The notes beneath the pieces are model-generated. The model was not told where the DNA came from, did no database searches, and saw only the letters and a program-made list of their open reading frames with translations. From an uncultured delta proteobacterium (GTDB taxonomy: Bacteria; Desulfobacterota; Binatia; JACPRU01), in contig CAVUWD010000019.1 of the NCBI GenBank assembly GCA_963745025.1, positions 192,001-256,000 of the forward strand: a stretch of 64,000 bases of DNA, read 5' to 3'. The position numbers were made by a program, and so were the translations under genes. Shown piece by piece: positions 39,607 to 49,954 of the stretch (positions are counted from its first letter, which is position 1; each line of letters starts with the position of its first letter).

Positions 39607-40632
39607 GTGACGATCCGCGACGCCATCCCTCGCCTGCTCGAGGGCCGGAATCTCTCCGAGGACGAGACTGCGGAGGTCATCGGCGAGGTCATGGAGGGCC
39701 AGGCCACGCCGGCTCAAATCGGCGCCCTTCTAGTTCTGTTGCGACGCAAAGGCGAGACGGTCGAGGAGATCACCGGCGCGGCACGCGCGATGCGGGCGAA
39801 GGTCACCGCCGTGCATTGCGAGGACGCGACCGTGCTCGATACCTGCGGCACCGGAGGAGACGGTTGTCGTACGTTCAACGTCTCGACCGCAGCCGGGCTG
39901 GTCGCAGCGGCGGCGGGATGCGCGGTGGCCAAACACGGCAACCGCTCGATCTCTGGCGCCGTCGGGGGCGCAGACGTGCTCGAGCGCCTCGGCGTTTGCA
40001 TCGATGTGGGAGTCGAGCAAACCGAGACGATGCTGCGCGAGACCGGCTTCGGCTTCCTCTTCGCCCCGCTCCTCCACGGAGCGATGCGGCATGCCGCAGG
40101 ACCACGGCGGGAGATCGGAGTTCGCACGATCTTCAACCTCCTCGGGCCACTGACGAACCCGGCGGGTGCGCGCCATCATCTGCTCGGTGTGTTCGATGCG
40201 CGCTGGGTCGAGCCCCTGGCGCACGTGCTCGGCCGTCTCGGATCGGCGCACGCGCTCGTGGTCCACGGCGACGACGGCCTGGATGAGCTCACCACCACCG
40301 CGGCGAGCGAGGTGGCCGAGCTTCGCGGGGGCGAGGTCCGACGGTTCCGGGTCGATCCCGAGGCATTCGGTCTGAAGCGCGCTCGCCTCTCGGACCTGCA
40401 GGTGGAGACCGCCGACCAGAGCGCAGAGATCATCCGGGACGTGCTTGCGGGCGAAACCGGACCGGCGCGCGACGTGGTGCTCTTGAACGCGGGCGCGGCG
40501 ATCTACGCCGCCGATCGCGCGACGACGATCGAAACCGGGATAGCGGCGGCACGCGCCGCGATCGATACGGGACGTGCGCGCGAAACGCTTGAGCGGGTGG
40601 CGCGCACGAGCCATGGGGGAGGGCGCACGTGA
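39607..40632 (+). CDS. trpD: Anthranilate phosphoribosyltransferase
   Basis: DTCGTGGD, NVST, KHGNRS, FNLLGPLTNP, GLDE. Confidence 0.97.
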   Translation: MTIRDAIPRLLEGRNLSEDETAEVIGEVMEGQATPAQIGALLVLLRRKGETVEEITGAARAMRAKVTAVHCEDATVLDTCGTGGDGCRTFNVSTAAGLVAAAAGCAVAKHGNRSISGAVGGADVLERLGVCIDVGVEQTETMLRETGFGFLFAPLLHGAMRHAAGPRREIGVRTIFNLLGPLTNPAGARHHLLGVFDARWVEPLAHVLGRLGSAHALVVHGDDGLDELTTTAASEVAELRGGEVRRFRVDPEAFGLKRARLSDLQVETADQSAEIIRDVLAGETGPARDVVLLNAGAAIYAADRATTIETGIAAARAAIDTGRARETLERVARTSHGGGRT

Positions 40633-41399
40633 TCCTCGACGACATCGTGGCGGCCAAGCGCGACGAGATTGTCGAGCACAAGCGTCAGCGACCGCTCGCG
40701 GCGTTGGTGGATGTCGAGTTCTACCGCGCTCCCCGCCGAGGCTTCGCGGCCGCCCTCGCCGAGACGGGTCGCGCCATCATCGCGGAAGTGAAGAAGGCTT
40801 CGCCTTCGCGAGGCTTGATCCGGGCCGACTTCGATCCGGTGGCGATCGCGCGCGGTTATCAGAGAGCCGGCGCGCGGGCGATCTCGGTGTTGACCGACGC
40901 GCCGTTTTTCCAGGGGAGCCTCGCCTATCTGGAGGCGATCCGGCGCGTCGCGGATTTGCCGCTGCTGCGCAAGGACTTCGTTCTCGACCCGTACCAGCTC
41001 CACGAGGCGCGCGCCTTCGGCGCGGACGCGGTGCTGCTGATCTGCGCGATCCTCGGTGACGGCTCCCTGCGGGAGCTGCTGGCGCTTTCAGATCGCCTCG
41101 AGCTCGACGCTCTCGTCGAGGTCCACTCGCGCGAAGAGCTCGAGCGAGCGACGCGATCGGGCGCCTCGCTCATCGGCATCAACAACCGCGATCTCCGCAC
41201 GTTCGTGACCCGCTTGGAGGTCGCCGAATCGCTCGCTCCGCTTGCACCACCGGGGGCGACGGTCGTCGCTGAGAGCGGCCTCAAGACGACCGCTGACCTT
41301 GAGCGTCTCGAGGCGGCCGGGGTGCGCGCCTTTCTCATCGGTGAGACGCTGATGGCCGCGTCCGATCCGGAAGTCGCGCTGCGCGAGCTCTTACCTTGA
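40629..41399 (+). CDS. trpC: Indole-3-glycerol-phosphate synthase
   Basis: IAEVKKASPS, LRKDF, GINNRDL, ESG. Confidence 0.97.
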   Translation: MILDDIVAAKRDEIVEHKRQRPLAALVDVEFYRAPRRGFAAALAETGRAIIAEVKKASPSRGLIRADFDPVAIARGYQRAGARAISVLTDAPFFQGSLAYLEAIRRVADLPLLRKDFVLDPYQLHEARAFGADAVLLICAILGDGSLRELLALSDRLELDALVEVHSREELERATRSGASLIGINNRDLRTFVTRLEVAESLAPLAPPGATVVAESGLKTTADLERLEAAGVRAFLIGETLMAASDPEVALRELLP

Positions 41400-41404
41400 G
41401 CGAG

Positions 41405-41590
41405 TACGGTAGGAGGTCGGGTTTCGCACGAAGATATGGGATACGAGGCATCGTCACCCTCGCGCGCTTCGGTTGCGGTCGCGAGGCTGCGTTGCGTGAA
41501 CTACGGTAGGAGCTCGGGTTCCGCACGAAGGTATGAGATACGAGGCATCGTCGCCAGCGCGCGTCTCGGTTGCAGTGCGAAGCTTCGTTG
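41405..41590. repeat. Diverged 97-bp tandem duplication between trpC and trpF
   Basis: TACGGTAGGAG..CGGGTT.CGCACGAAG.TATG.GATACGAGGCATCGTC starting at 41405 and 41502. Confidence 0.9.
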
Positions 41591-41598
41591 AGGAGATC

Positions 41599-42216
41599 GT
41601 GTCGGTTCGGGTGAAGATCTGCGGCGTGACCACGGTGGAGGACGCGCTCCTCTGCGCGGACGCCGGCGCCGACGCCATCGGGCTCAATTTCTGGAGCGGC
41701 TCGAAGCGTCGAATCGACGTCGAGCGCGCCGCGGCAATCGCCCGCGCGCTGCCGCCGTCCGTGTTGAAGGTGGGGGTGTTCGTCAACGCCGAACGGGCCG
41801 CGATCGAACGAGCGATTGCCGGCGCATGTCTCGATGCCGTTCAACTCCACGGCCACGAGGCCCCGGAGCACTGTCGCGGGTTCGCCGTCCCGGTGATCAA
41901 GGCGATCCGCGTGACGCTCGGAGGCGAATCGCCTTCGGTGATCGCAGAACGCTTCGCCGTGGATTACATTCTGCTCGATGCCGATTGTGGCGGGGAATAC
42001 GGCGGCAGCGGACGCTCATTCGATTGGCAGCGAGCGGCAGGCGTGGCGCCGGGGCGTCTGTTTCTGGCCGGCGGCCTGCGCCCGGAAAACGTGGCGGCGG
42101 CGATTCGCATGGCGGGCCCCTACGGCGTCGACACCGCAAGCGGCGTCGAGAGCACGCCTGGGCGCAAGGACCCGATGCTGGTGAGGGAGTTCATTCACAA
42201 TGCCAAGCATGCCTGA
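41599..42216 (+). CDS. trpF: Phosphoribosylanthranilate isomerase
   Basis: [29 protein letters not shown]. Confidence 0.96.
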   Translation: MSVRVKICGVTTVEDALLCADAGADAIGLNFWSGSKRRIDVERAAAIARALPPSVLKVGVFVNAERAAIERAIAGACLDAVQLHGHEAPEHCRGFAVPVIKAIRVTLGGESPSVIAERFAVDYILLDADCGGEYGGSGRSFDWQRAAGVAPGRLFLAGGLRPENVAAAIRMAGPYGVDTASGVESTPGRKDPMLVREFIHNAKHA

Positions 42217-43394
42217 CCGCAGCGGCCACTACGGAGAGTTCGGCGGGCGCTACGTGTCGGAAACGCTGATGCCCGCGCTCCTCGAACTCGAGGCGGCATA
42301 TCGGGAGTCGCGGCGCGATGCGGGCTTCCAGGCCGAGGTGCGCGAGCGTTTGCGTCACTACGTCGGCCGCCCGACGCCGCTCTACTTCGCCGAGAATCTG
42401 ACGCTGCGGCTTGCCGGCGGGCGGATCTACCTGAAGCGCGAAGACCTCTGTCACACCGGCGCGCACAAGATCAATAACACGATCGGCCAGGGTCTACTGG
42501 CCCGGCGGATGGGCAAGCGGCGAATCATTGCCGAGACCGGCGCGGGCCAGCACGGCGTCGCGACCGCGACCGTGGCCGCGCTGCTTGGAATGGACTGCGA
42601 GATCTTCATGGGCAGGGAAGACGTCCACCGGCAGTCGCTCAACGTCTTCCGCATGAAGCTGCTCGGCGCGAGGGTGCGCGTCGTCGAGTCCGGAACCCAG
42701 ACGCTCAAGGACGCGATGAACGAAGCGCTCCGCGATTGGATCGCGACCGTCGAGACGACGTTCTACTGTATCGGCTCGGTGGCCGGCCCGCACCCCTATC
42801 CGCAGATCGTTCGTGACTTCCAATCGGTGATCGGGCGAGGAGTCGCGCCGGCAGATCCTGCGCGCGGCTGGGCGGTTGCCCGACGCGCTGGTCGCCTGCG
42901 TCGGCGGCGGCAGCAACGCGATCGGACTCTTCCATCCTTTTCTCGACGAGGCCACGGTGACGATGTACGGTGTCGAGGCGGCCGGTCGCGGTCTCGACAG
43001 CGGCCAGCACGCGGCGACGCTCGCGCGCGGTCAGATCGGCGTCCTGCACGGCAACAAGACCTACCTCCTGCAAGACGAACTCGGTCAGATCCGCCCGACG
43101 CACTCCATCTCCGCCGGGCTCGACTACCCGGGCGTCGGACCCGAGCACAGCTACTTGAGGGATACGGGACGCGTGGAGTACGTCGTGGCCACGGACGAGG
43201 AGGCGATCGCGGCGCTGCAGCTCTTGACCGAGACCGAGGGAATCATTCCGGCGCTCGAGAGCGCGCATGCGGTGGCGTTCGCCGCCCGCCTCGCTCCCAA
43301 GCTCGACAAGGACAAGATCGTGATCGTCAATCTCTCCGGCCGGGGCGACAAGGACATGGCGACCGTCGCGGATCACCTCGGGGTGACGCTGTGA
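42209..43394 (+). CDS. trpB: Tryptophan synthase beta chain, frameshift near 42840
   Basis: [18 protein letters not shown]; then [26 protein letters not shown] in a shifted frame. Confidence 0.96.
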
Positions 43395-43400
43395 AGGGAA

Positions 43401-43478
43401 GGTTACGGGCTACCGACCACCCGCTGCCGGCAAAGACATCACGGAATGTCTTGCGCAAGCCGGACGCCGGTAGACGGT
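43401..43478. repeat. Heptamer-armed palindromic intergenic element, copy 3
   Basis: GGGCTACCG...CAAAGACATCACGGAATGTCTTG...CCGGTAGACGG. Confidence 0.75.
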
Positions 43479-43483
43479 TCTCG

Positions 43484-44311
43484 ATGTCGCGCATCGCAGA
43501 AAAATTCGCCGAGCTCCGCTCGCGCGGAGAGGCGGGATTCATTCCGTTTCTGACCTTCGGCGATCCGGAGGCCGAGTTGACCGTTCCGCTCCTCGAAGCG
43601 CTCGACCGCGCCGGCGCCGATCTCATCGAGATCGGGGTGCCGTTCAGCGATCCGATGGCCGACGGGCCGGTACTGCAACGCGCGGCCGAGCGCGCGCTCG
43701 CGGGCGGCGCCTCGCTGCGCGGCTGCCTCGATGCGGTCGTCGAGTTCCGCCGCGGATCCGACGTGCCGATCATCTTGTTCGGGTACTACAATCCGATCTT
43801 CCGTTACGGCCTCGAGCGATTCGCGGCCGACGCCCGGACGGCCGGGGTCGACGGGGTTCTCTGCGTCGATTTGCCGCCCGAGGAGTCCGTCGATCTCGAT
43901 CGCCTGGCCCGCGCTCAGGGACTCGACGTCATCTATCTACTCGCCCCGACGAGCACGCTCGGTCGCATGCGCAAGGTGCTCTCACGCGCTCGTGGCTTCG
44001 TCTACTTCGTCTCGGTTGCCGGTGTGACGGGAGCCCGCGCCGCGCTGCCGCAGAATCTCGAGACGCTCATTCGCTCGGTCAAGCGGTTGACGTCGATGCC
44101 GATCGGCGTCGGCTTCGGCATTTCCACCCCGGAGCAGGCCGCCCGCGTGGCGACCTTCGCGGACGCGGTGATCGTCGGCAGCGCGATCGCTCGCGTGGTC
44201 GAAGAGTGCCCGCCGGACGGGGATCTGGTCGGCGAGGTCGAAGCGTTCGCCGGGTCGCTGGCCGCGGCCGTGCGCGGTGCGCGAATCTACGGTGCGGAGG
44301 GTCGGCGATGA
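43484..44311 (+). CDS. trpA: Tryptophan synthase alpha chain
   Basis: [28 protein letters not shown]. Confidence 0.97.
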   Translation: MSRIAEKFAELRSRGEAGFIPFLTFGDPEAELTVPLLEALDRAGADLIEIGVPFSDPMADGPVLQRAAERALAGGASLRGCLDAVVEFRRGSDVPIILFGYYNPIFRYGLERFAADARTAGVDGVLCVDLPPEESVDLDRLARAQGLDVIYLLAPTSTLGRMRKVLSRARGFVYFVSVAGVTGARAALPQNLETLIRSVKRLTSMPIGVGFGISTPEQAARVATFADAVIVGSAIARVVEECPPDGDLVGEVEAFAGSLAAAVRGARIYGAEGRR

Positions 44312-45132
44312 GCCCGCAGGCCAGGAAATCCCGATCCGCCGGCGCGGCGCCTGCGGATCATCCCTGGGTGAAGTGTCCGGGCTGCCAGGAGATCCTGTTT
44401 CGCAAAGAGATCGAGCGCAAGCTTAACGTGTGCCCGAAGTGCGGTCACCACTTGCGCCTGACCGTCGACCAGCGCCTCGTGCTGCTCGCCGATCGGGGCT
44501 CCTTCGAAGAGACCGACGCCGCGATGGCGGCGGCCGACCCGCTCGGCTTTCACGACTCGATGCCCTACCCGCAGCGCATCGGCGATGCCAGAGCGCGCAC
44601 CGGCAAGAACGAAGCGCTGCTCACCGGCTTCTGTACGATCGGGGGACAGCGGATCGCGCTGGCGCTGTTCGACTTCGGCTTTCTCGGTGGCAGCATGGGC
44701 TCGGTGGTGGGTGAGAAGCTCACACGCCTAGCGGAGCGGGCGCTCGCCGAGCGGGTTCCGCTCGTGGTGGTCGCAGCATCGGGCGGCGCGCGGATGCAGG
44801 AAGGGATTCTCTCGCTGATGCAAATGGCCAAGGTGAGCGCCGTGCTGGGGCGTCTGCGCGACCAGGGTGTGCCGTACGTCTCCGTCCTCACCGATCCGAC
44901 CACCGGTGGCGTAGCTGCCTCGCTGGCGATGCTCGGTGATCTCAACGTCGCCGAACCCGGCGCGCTGATCGGTTTCGCCGGTCCGCGGGTGATCGAGCAA
45001 ACGATCGGCCACACGCTCCCCGAAGGGTTCCAGACCTCCGAGTTCTTGCTCGCGCACGGTATGGTCGATCTGGTGGTGGAGCGGCGCGCGTTGAAGGCGA
45101 CGCTGGCGAAGATCCTTTCGTGGATGACCTAA
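44308..45132 (+). CDS. accD: Acetyl-CoA carboxylase carboxyltransferase beta
   Basis: WVKCPGC...[29 protein letters not shown]. Confidence 0.97.
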   Translation: MSPQARKSRSAGAAPADHPWVKCPGCQEILFRKEIERKLNVCPKCGHHLRLTVDQRLVLLADRGSFEETDAAMAAADPLGFHDSMPYPQRIGDARARTGKNEALLTGFCTIGGQRIALALFDFGFLGGSMGSVVGEKLTRLAERALAERVPLVVVAASGGARMQEGILSLMQMAKVSAVLGRLRDQGVPYVSVLTDPTTGGVAASLAMLGDLNVAEPGALIGFAGPRVIEQTIGHTLPEGFQTSEFLLAHGMVDLVVERRALKATLAKILSWMT

Positions 45133-45138
45133 AGAAGA

Positions 45139-45202
45139 CGGCTGCCGGACACCGGCTACCGCAGAAGACACCGCGATGCCGGTAGACGGTAGCCGGTAGC
45201 CG
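45139..45202. repeat. Heptamer-armed palindromic intergenic element, copy 4
   Basis: CGGCTGCCGG..CCGGCTACCG-AGAAGAC..-CCGGTAGACGGTAGCCGGTAGCCG; flanked by ATGACCTA direct repeats. Confidence 0.8.
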
Positions 45203-45209
45203 ATCGCGA

Positions 45210-46481
45210 ATGACCTACGCAGAGACCCTCTCGTGGCTTTACCGCCTGGAGGTGAGCCGCGGTTGGGACTTGAAGCTCGAATCGGTGCGGGCGGCGCTCG
45301 AGAGGCTAGGCTCGCCGGAGCGAAAATTCCCTTCGCTTCACGTCGCGGGCACCAACGGCAAAGGCTCGACCGCGGCGATCGCACACGCGGTGCTCTCGCG
45401 ACATGGACTTCGCGCCGGCCTCTTCACCTCGCCGCATCTCAGCGATTTTCGCGAGCGGGTCCGAGTCGGCGACGAATGGATCCCCGAGGCCGGGGTGGTC
45501 GAGCTCGTGGAGGAGATTCGCGAGCGGCTCTTCGAATCGGGCGTGGAGCTCACGTTCTTCGAGCTGATCACGGTCCTGGCGTTCCTTTACTTCGCTCGGG
45601 CTCGGGTCGATGCGGCGGTGGTCGAAGTCGGGCTCGGCGGCCGTCTCGACGCCACCAACGTGCTCATGCCGCGCGCGACGGCCGTGACCACGATCGGCTT
45701 CGACCACGAGCGCTACCTCGGCACGACGATCGCTTCGATCGCCGCCGAAAAGGCGGGGATCTTCAAGCCTGGCGTCCCGGCGATCGTCGGCCGCATGGAT
45801 CGCGAAGCGGAGGCGGTGCTCGCGCGCATCGCCGCGACACAGCCATGCCCGTATCATCTCTACGGCCGTGAGTTCCGCGCGGAGATTGCGGCGGCGGGAT
45901 TCGACTACCACGGGCGGCGCACGATCCGTGATCTCCGCCCGGCGCTCGCCGGCCGCTTCCAGGTCGACAATGCGGCGGTCGCGCTGGCAGCGCTCGAGGA
46001 AGGGGGATGGCTCGAGGGGATCGCCGAAGAGACGATCCGCACGGCAGTCGGAACCGTGCGCTGGCCGGGCCGCCTCGAGGTGATCCGCGAGCGGCCACGC
46101 GTCGTCCTCGACGGCGCGCACAATCCGGCGGGCGTTGCTGCCCTGGTCCGCGAGCTGCCGAGGCTTGCAGGCGGCCGGCCCGTGCATCTCGTGTTCGGCG
46201 TGCTCGCCGACAAGCGCTGGTCGGAGATGGTCGAACGGCTGGCCCCAGCCGTGGTCGACGTCGCCGTCGTTCCGGTGGTCGAGCGGCGCTCGGAGAGTCC
46301 CGCACGCGTGGGGGAGCTCTTTCGTCGGTTCGTGCCGACCCGGATCGAGCGCAGCGCGACGACAGCCATCGAACGGCTGCTCGAGGATCCGGGCAATCGT
46401 GACGACGTCATCCTCGTCGCCGGATCGCTCTTCTTGGTCGGCGAGGCGCGTGCCCATCTCGAGGCGCCCGTAACCGCCTAA
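45210..46481 (+). CDS. folC: Folylpolyglutamate synthase/dihydrofolate synthase
   Basis: HVAGTNGKGS, TSPHL, EVGLGGRLDATN, WPGRLE, DGAHN, GSLF. Confidence 0.97.
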   Translation: MTYAETLSWLYRLEVSRGWDLKLESVRAALERLGSPERKFPSLHVAGTNGKGSTAAIAHAVLSRHGLRAGLFTSPHLSDFRERVRVGDEWIPEAGVVELVEEIRERLFESGVELTFFELITVLAFLYFARARVDAAVVEVGLGGRLDATNVLMPRATAVTTIGFDHERYLGTTIASIAAEKAGIFKPGVPAIVGRMDREAEAVLARIAATQPCPYHLYGREFRAEIAAAGFDYHGRRTIRDLRPALAGRFQVDNAAVALAALEEGGWLEGIAEETIRTAVGTVRWPGRLEVIRERPRVVLDGAHNPAGVAALVRELPRLAGGRPVHLVFGVLADKRWSEMVERLAPAVVDVAVVPVVERRSESPARVGELFRRFVPTRIERSATTAIERLLEDPGNRDDVILVAGSLFLVGEARAHLEAPVTA

Positions 46482-46483
46482 CC

Positions 46484-46706
46484 TCGATCCAAAATTCGCG
46501 CGGGTGGCGTCGGCGTCGGGCACCCGCGCCGCGCGCAGCGAGTGCGGGGCGAAGTCCGGAGGCTACTCCAGCGGCATGCCCCTCGATGGGAGATGAGTCG
46601 CAACCGACGCGAGCGACCGGAAGGACCCCGGAGCGGCTAGGAGGGGCGCCCAGCGAGCACGGCGCGGGCTGCGCCGACGGCAGGACCCGGGCAAATTTCC
46701 GATCGA
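46484..46706. mobile_element. MITE-like element with imperfect terminal inverted repeats
   Basis: Left TCGATCCAAAATTCGCGCGGGTGGCGTCGGCG versus reverse complement of right end TCGATCGGAAATTTGCCCGGGTCCTGCCGTCGGCG. Confidence 0.55.
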
Positions 46707-46789
46707 CGGCGCATCACGGCAAATTCGCAGCGGGGCCAACTTCCCTTCGCCCCGATCTTCGTGGTACGACGCGCCCGCGTCGTCGGGGG

Positions 46790-49700
46790 ATGATGAGGGC
46801 AGTTCGGACACTTGTGCTGATCGTAACGCTCGCGCTTGCCGCGACGTGGCTTCCGACCTCGGCAGAGGGAGGCAGCGAGCGCTCCCCGTTCGGTGACCTG
46901 CGGGTGCGCTCCCAAACCGATGCGACCGAGATCTCGCTCGAGATTCCGAAGGCGATCGTCGAGCAAGACAGAACGCAAAGGCGCCCGGGTTTGTCGCCGT
47001 TGGGTCAGCCCGCTCGCGTGACGCAGCGGCCCGAGCGGACCACGACGCCGGGGGTGGCCGCAAAGCCGGAAGCGATCGAAACCCCCGAGCCGATGCCCAC
47101 GCCGCCAGCCGAGGCGACACCTGCCGCGGGCGCGGTCCGGCCCAAGTCGACGCCCAAGCCAGAGCTTCGTCCGGGCGCTGTGACGGTGAACGAGATCCAT
47201 CTCTTCTTCCCCGGTGTGACGATTCCACGGGCGCGACTGATCACGATCGACGATCATGTCGTCCAAGAGGCGCGGCTCTTTCCCGACGAAGGCGGCGTCA
47301 GCATGACGGTCGTGGCCCGGCGGCCGATCTATTACGTGGTATCGCGCGACGGTGGCGAGCTGCACATCCGCGTCGAGCCGGGTACGCTCCTCGCCGCGGA
47401 GCCGACGGGACCCGTCGTCGTGCGAGCCCCGGAGGTGACGGGCGGGGTGAAGGCACCGAAAGCCCGTGGGCCCAGGGGCGAATCGGCCTCTCCGATCCAA
47501 GGCGAGCAGCTGATGCCGAAGGTCTCGATGCCGGCGCTCCGCAAGGGAGAGGGGCTCACCGTCGATGCAGAGCATCTCAGTACGGACGAGGAAAAGAACG
47601 AGCTCGTCGCCCAAGGGCACGTGACGATCGCGCGTGCCGGCTCACTGCTCACCGCCGACGAGGTGCGCATCAACCGCGACACACAGCGAGCGGAAGCGAA
47701 GGGCAACGTTCAGTTCACCGACCCGCAGGGAACGATTCAAGCCAGTGGCTTCGCCGGCAATCTGGAGGACGAGACCGGCGAACTGACCGACGGCACCGTC
47801 TACTTGAGCTCGAATCACCTCACGATCTCAGGCGAGAAGATCGAGAAGTCGTTTGGCCAGACGTATCACATCGAGAACGGGGAGTTCACGACGTGCCAGT
47901 GCGGCGCGGGAGCGCCGAGTTGGTCGATCGCCGGCAAATCGGTGGACATCACCCTCGACGGCTACGGGCTCGTCGACCGGCCGAAGCTCAAGGTGCTGGA
48001 CACCCCGATCCTCTATCTTCCCTACTTCAGCTTCCCGGCCAAGAAGACGCGTCAGACCGGCCTGCTCTCGCCGCTCTACGGCTACTCGAAGAAGCGGGGC
48101 TTCACGTACCTGCAACCCATCTACGTGGCGCTCAACAAGAGCGTAGACTTCACCGTGGCCCCGGACATCGCGACCTCCGCGCGTCTGGGCGTCATCGGCG
48201 AGGTTCGCTACGCAATCGACGAGCGCTCCAAGGGCATCGTCGACGTCTCGTACTTCAACGAGTTCCTTCGCAACAACGCGAACCAGGACGTCGTCGATAC
48301 GAGCGTCGCCAACCCGACGATTCCGCAGAACCGCTGGAGCGTCACGGCAGACATTCGTCAGGACCTGCCGTTCGAACTGCGCGGCTTCGTCGATGCCCTG
48401 GCGGTCTCCGACGACTTCTTCCTGCGCGAGATCCCGACAGCCTCGTTCGATCCGGAATATGCGCGATCGCTGCGCACTAGCCTCTTCGATACGACGCGCG
48501 GCGGGCTCTACCGCTACTGGGACCACGCCACGCTGATCACCCAAGTCCAGTATTTCCAGGACTTCGTCCAGCCGCAGGACCAGACGTTTCAGAAGTTTCC
48601 GCAGCTACAGTTCTTCACCTCGGATCGCTTCCTCGATCGTCATCTGAAGCTCGGCATGGTCGACGACTTCACCAATTTCGTGCGCAAGCAGGGCTTCGAC
48701 GGGCCACGGCTCGACCTCAACCCTCAAGCCGAGGTGCCGTTCCGCTGGAAGGAGTATTTGAACGGCAGCATCGGCCTCCAGGGGCGCGAGACCGCCTATC
48801 ACATGAACAACACGGATCTGCTGCTGCCGGCCACGACCCCGACCCCGGGGTCGAGCGGCGGGCCGACGCCGGCGCCGACACCGCTCGGAAAGAATCCGAC
48901 CCGCGAGCTCTACGCGGCGTCCGCGACGCTCGGCACGCAACTCTCTCGTACCTTCGACATCGGCGGCGAGCACCTCCAGAAGCTCAAGCACACGATCGAG
49001 CCCGAAGTGGACTACCTCTACATTCCGGACGTCAACCAGAACGATCTCCCGACCTACGACTTCGTCGACAAGATCGACCGCCGGAACCTCATCACCTACG
49101 GGTTCACGAGCCGTCTGCTCGCCAAGCTCGACCGTGCCCCGCCGGTCGACACGCGACGGCCGCTGTCCTACGGCGATCTCAATTCATTCAGCGGTGTGAC
49201 GCCCTCACCGTTCGGTGACGAGGACCAGCGCGGCGGGCTCGCCGCGCTCGGAAACCCGAGCCTGTCCGGGCCGACCCCGAGCGGGATCGGCGTCGACACG
49301 GAGGAGACGCAGAAGGAGGGCGTCGAGGGGATGCCCACGACCGACCAGAACCAGAGCGCCGAGGAGCGCGCGGCTCAGCGCGCCGAGGAGAAGTCGGCGG
49401 TCTCGAACGTCGTCGAATGGGCCCGACTGCAGATCTTCCAGAGCTACGACATCCGCGACAGCCTGCAGTCGTCGACGGGGCCCGACGCGAACGATCACTT
49501 CTCCGACGTCGACGTCCACATGCGGCTGCGTCCACACGAGGCGTTCGACTTGATCTACGATTCCACCGTCAACGCCCGAGATGCCCGCTTGACGTCCGCC
49601 AACGTCGGCGTGGTGCTGCGCGATCCGCGGGAGCGGTCCACGGAGGGTTTCCTCCGCTCCGCGGGGCGCGCGTCGCTCGGCGTGTCGTACCGCTTCATCT

Positions 49701-49954
49701 CGGACCAGACGTTGCAGGAAGTGGACGGCGGGATCGTGGTGCCGCTGGCGGACACGCTGTCCACCTTCTATCAGACCCGCTACGACGCGCTCGCAGGAAT
49801 CTTCCTCGAGAAGACCGGCGGCTTTCGCCTGACGTCTCAGTGTCAGTGCTGGATCGCCGACCTGTCGGTAACCGATCTCATCAATCCTCCGGAAACCCAG
49901 CTTCGCTTCCAGGTGACGCTCGTCGGGCTCGGGTCGATCGGCCGCACCCGTTGA
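46790..49954 (+). CDS. lptD: LPS-assembly protein LptD with long N-terminal extension
   Basis: Signal peptide; OstA-like AQGHVTI/LTADEV; FTTCQC, PILYLPY, RQTGLL, HTIEP, QCQCW, final strand FQVTLVGLG. Confidence 0.9.
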   Translation: MMRAVRTLVLIVTLALAATWLPTSAEGGSERSPFGDLRVRSQTDATEISLEIPKAIVEQDRTQRRPGLSPLGQPARVTQRPERTTTPGVAAKPEAIETPEPMPTPPAEATPAAGAVRPKSTPKPELRPGAVTVNEIHLFFPGVTIPRARLITIDDHVVQEARLFPDEGGVSMTVVARRPIYYVVSRDGGELHIRVEPGTLLAAEPTGPVVVRAPEVTGGVKAPKARGPRGESASPIQGEQLMPKVSMPALRKGEGLTVDAEHLSTDEEKNELVAQGHVTIARAGSLLTADEVRINRDTQRAEAKGNVQFTDPQGTIQASGFAGNLEDETGELTDGTVYLSSNHLTISGEKIEKSFGQTYHIENGEFTTCQCGAGAPSWSIAGKSVDITLDGYGLVDRPKLKVLDTPILYLPYFSFPAKKTRQTGLLSPLYGYSKKRGFTYLQPIYVALNKSVDFTVAPDIATSARLGVIGEVRYAIDERSKGIVDVSYFNEFLRNNANQDVVDTSVANPTIPQNRWSVTADIRQDLPFELRGFVDALAVSDDFFLREIPTASFDPEYARSLRTSLFDTTRGGLYRYWDHATLITQVQYFQDFVQPQDQTFQKFPQLQFFTSDRFLDRHLKLGMVDDFTNFVRKQGFDGPRLDLNPQAEVPFRWKEYLNGSIGLQGRETAYHMNNTDLLLPATTPTPGSSGGPTPAPTPLGKNPTRELYAASATLGTQLSRTFDIGGEHLQKLKHTIEPEVDYLYIPDVNQNDLPTYDFVDKIDRRNLITYGFTSRLLAKLDRAPPVDTRRPLSYGDLNSFSGVTPSPFGDEDQRGGLAALGNPSLSGPTPSGIGVDTEETQKEGVEGMPTTDQNQSAEERAAQRAEEKSAVSNVVEWARLQIFQSYDIRDSLQSSTGPDANDHFSDVDVHMRLRPHEAFDLIYDSTVNARDARLTSANVGVVLRDPRERSTEGFLRSAGRASLGVSYRFISDQTLQEVDGGIVVPLADTLSTFYQTRYDALAGIFLEKTGGFRLTSQCQCWIADLSVTDLINPPETQLRFQVTLVGLGSIGRTR

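Noticed and set aside
41405-41590. CRISPR array
   Set aside because: Only two long units, homologous throughout, with no unique spacers and no cas genes
42200-44311. TrpB-TrpA fusion (703-aa ORF)
   Set aside because: Produced by the frameshift near 42840; TrpB continues in another frame and stops at 43394
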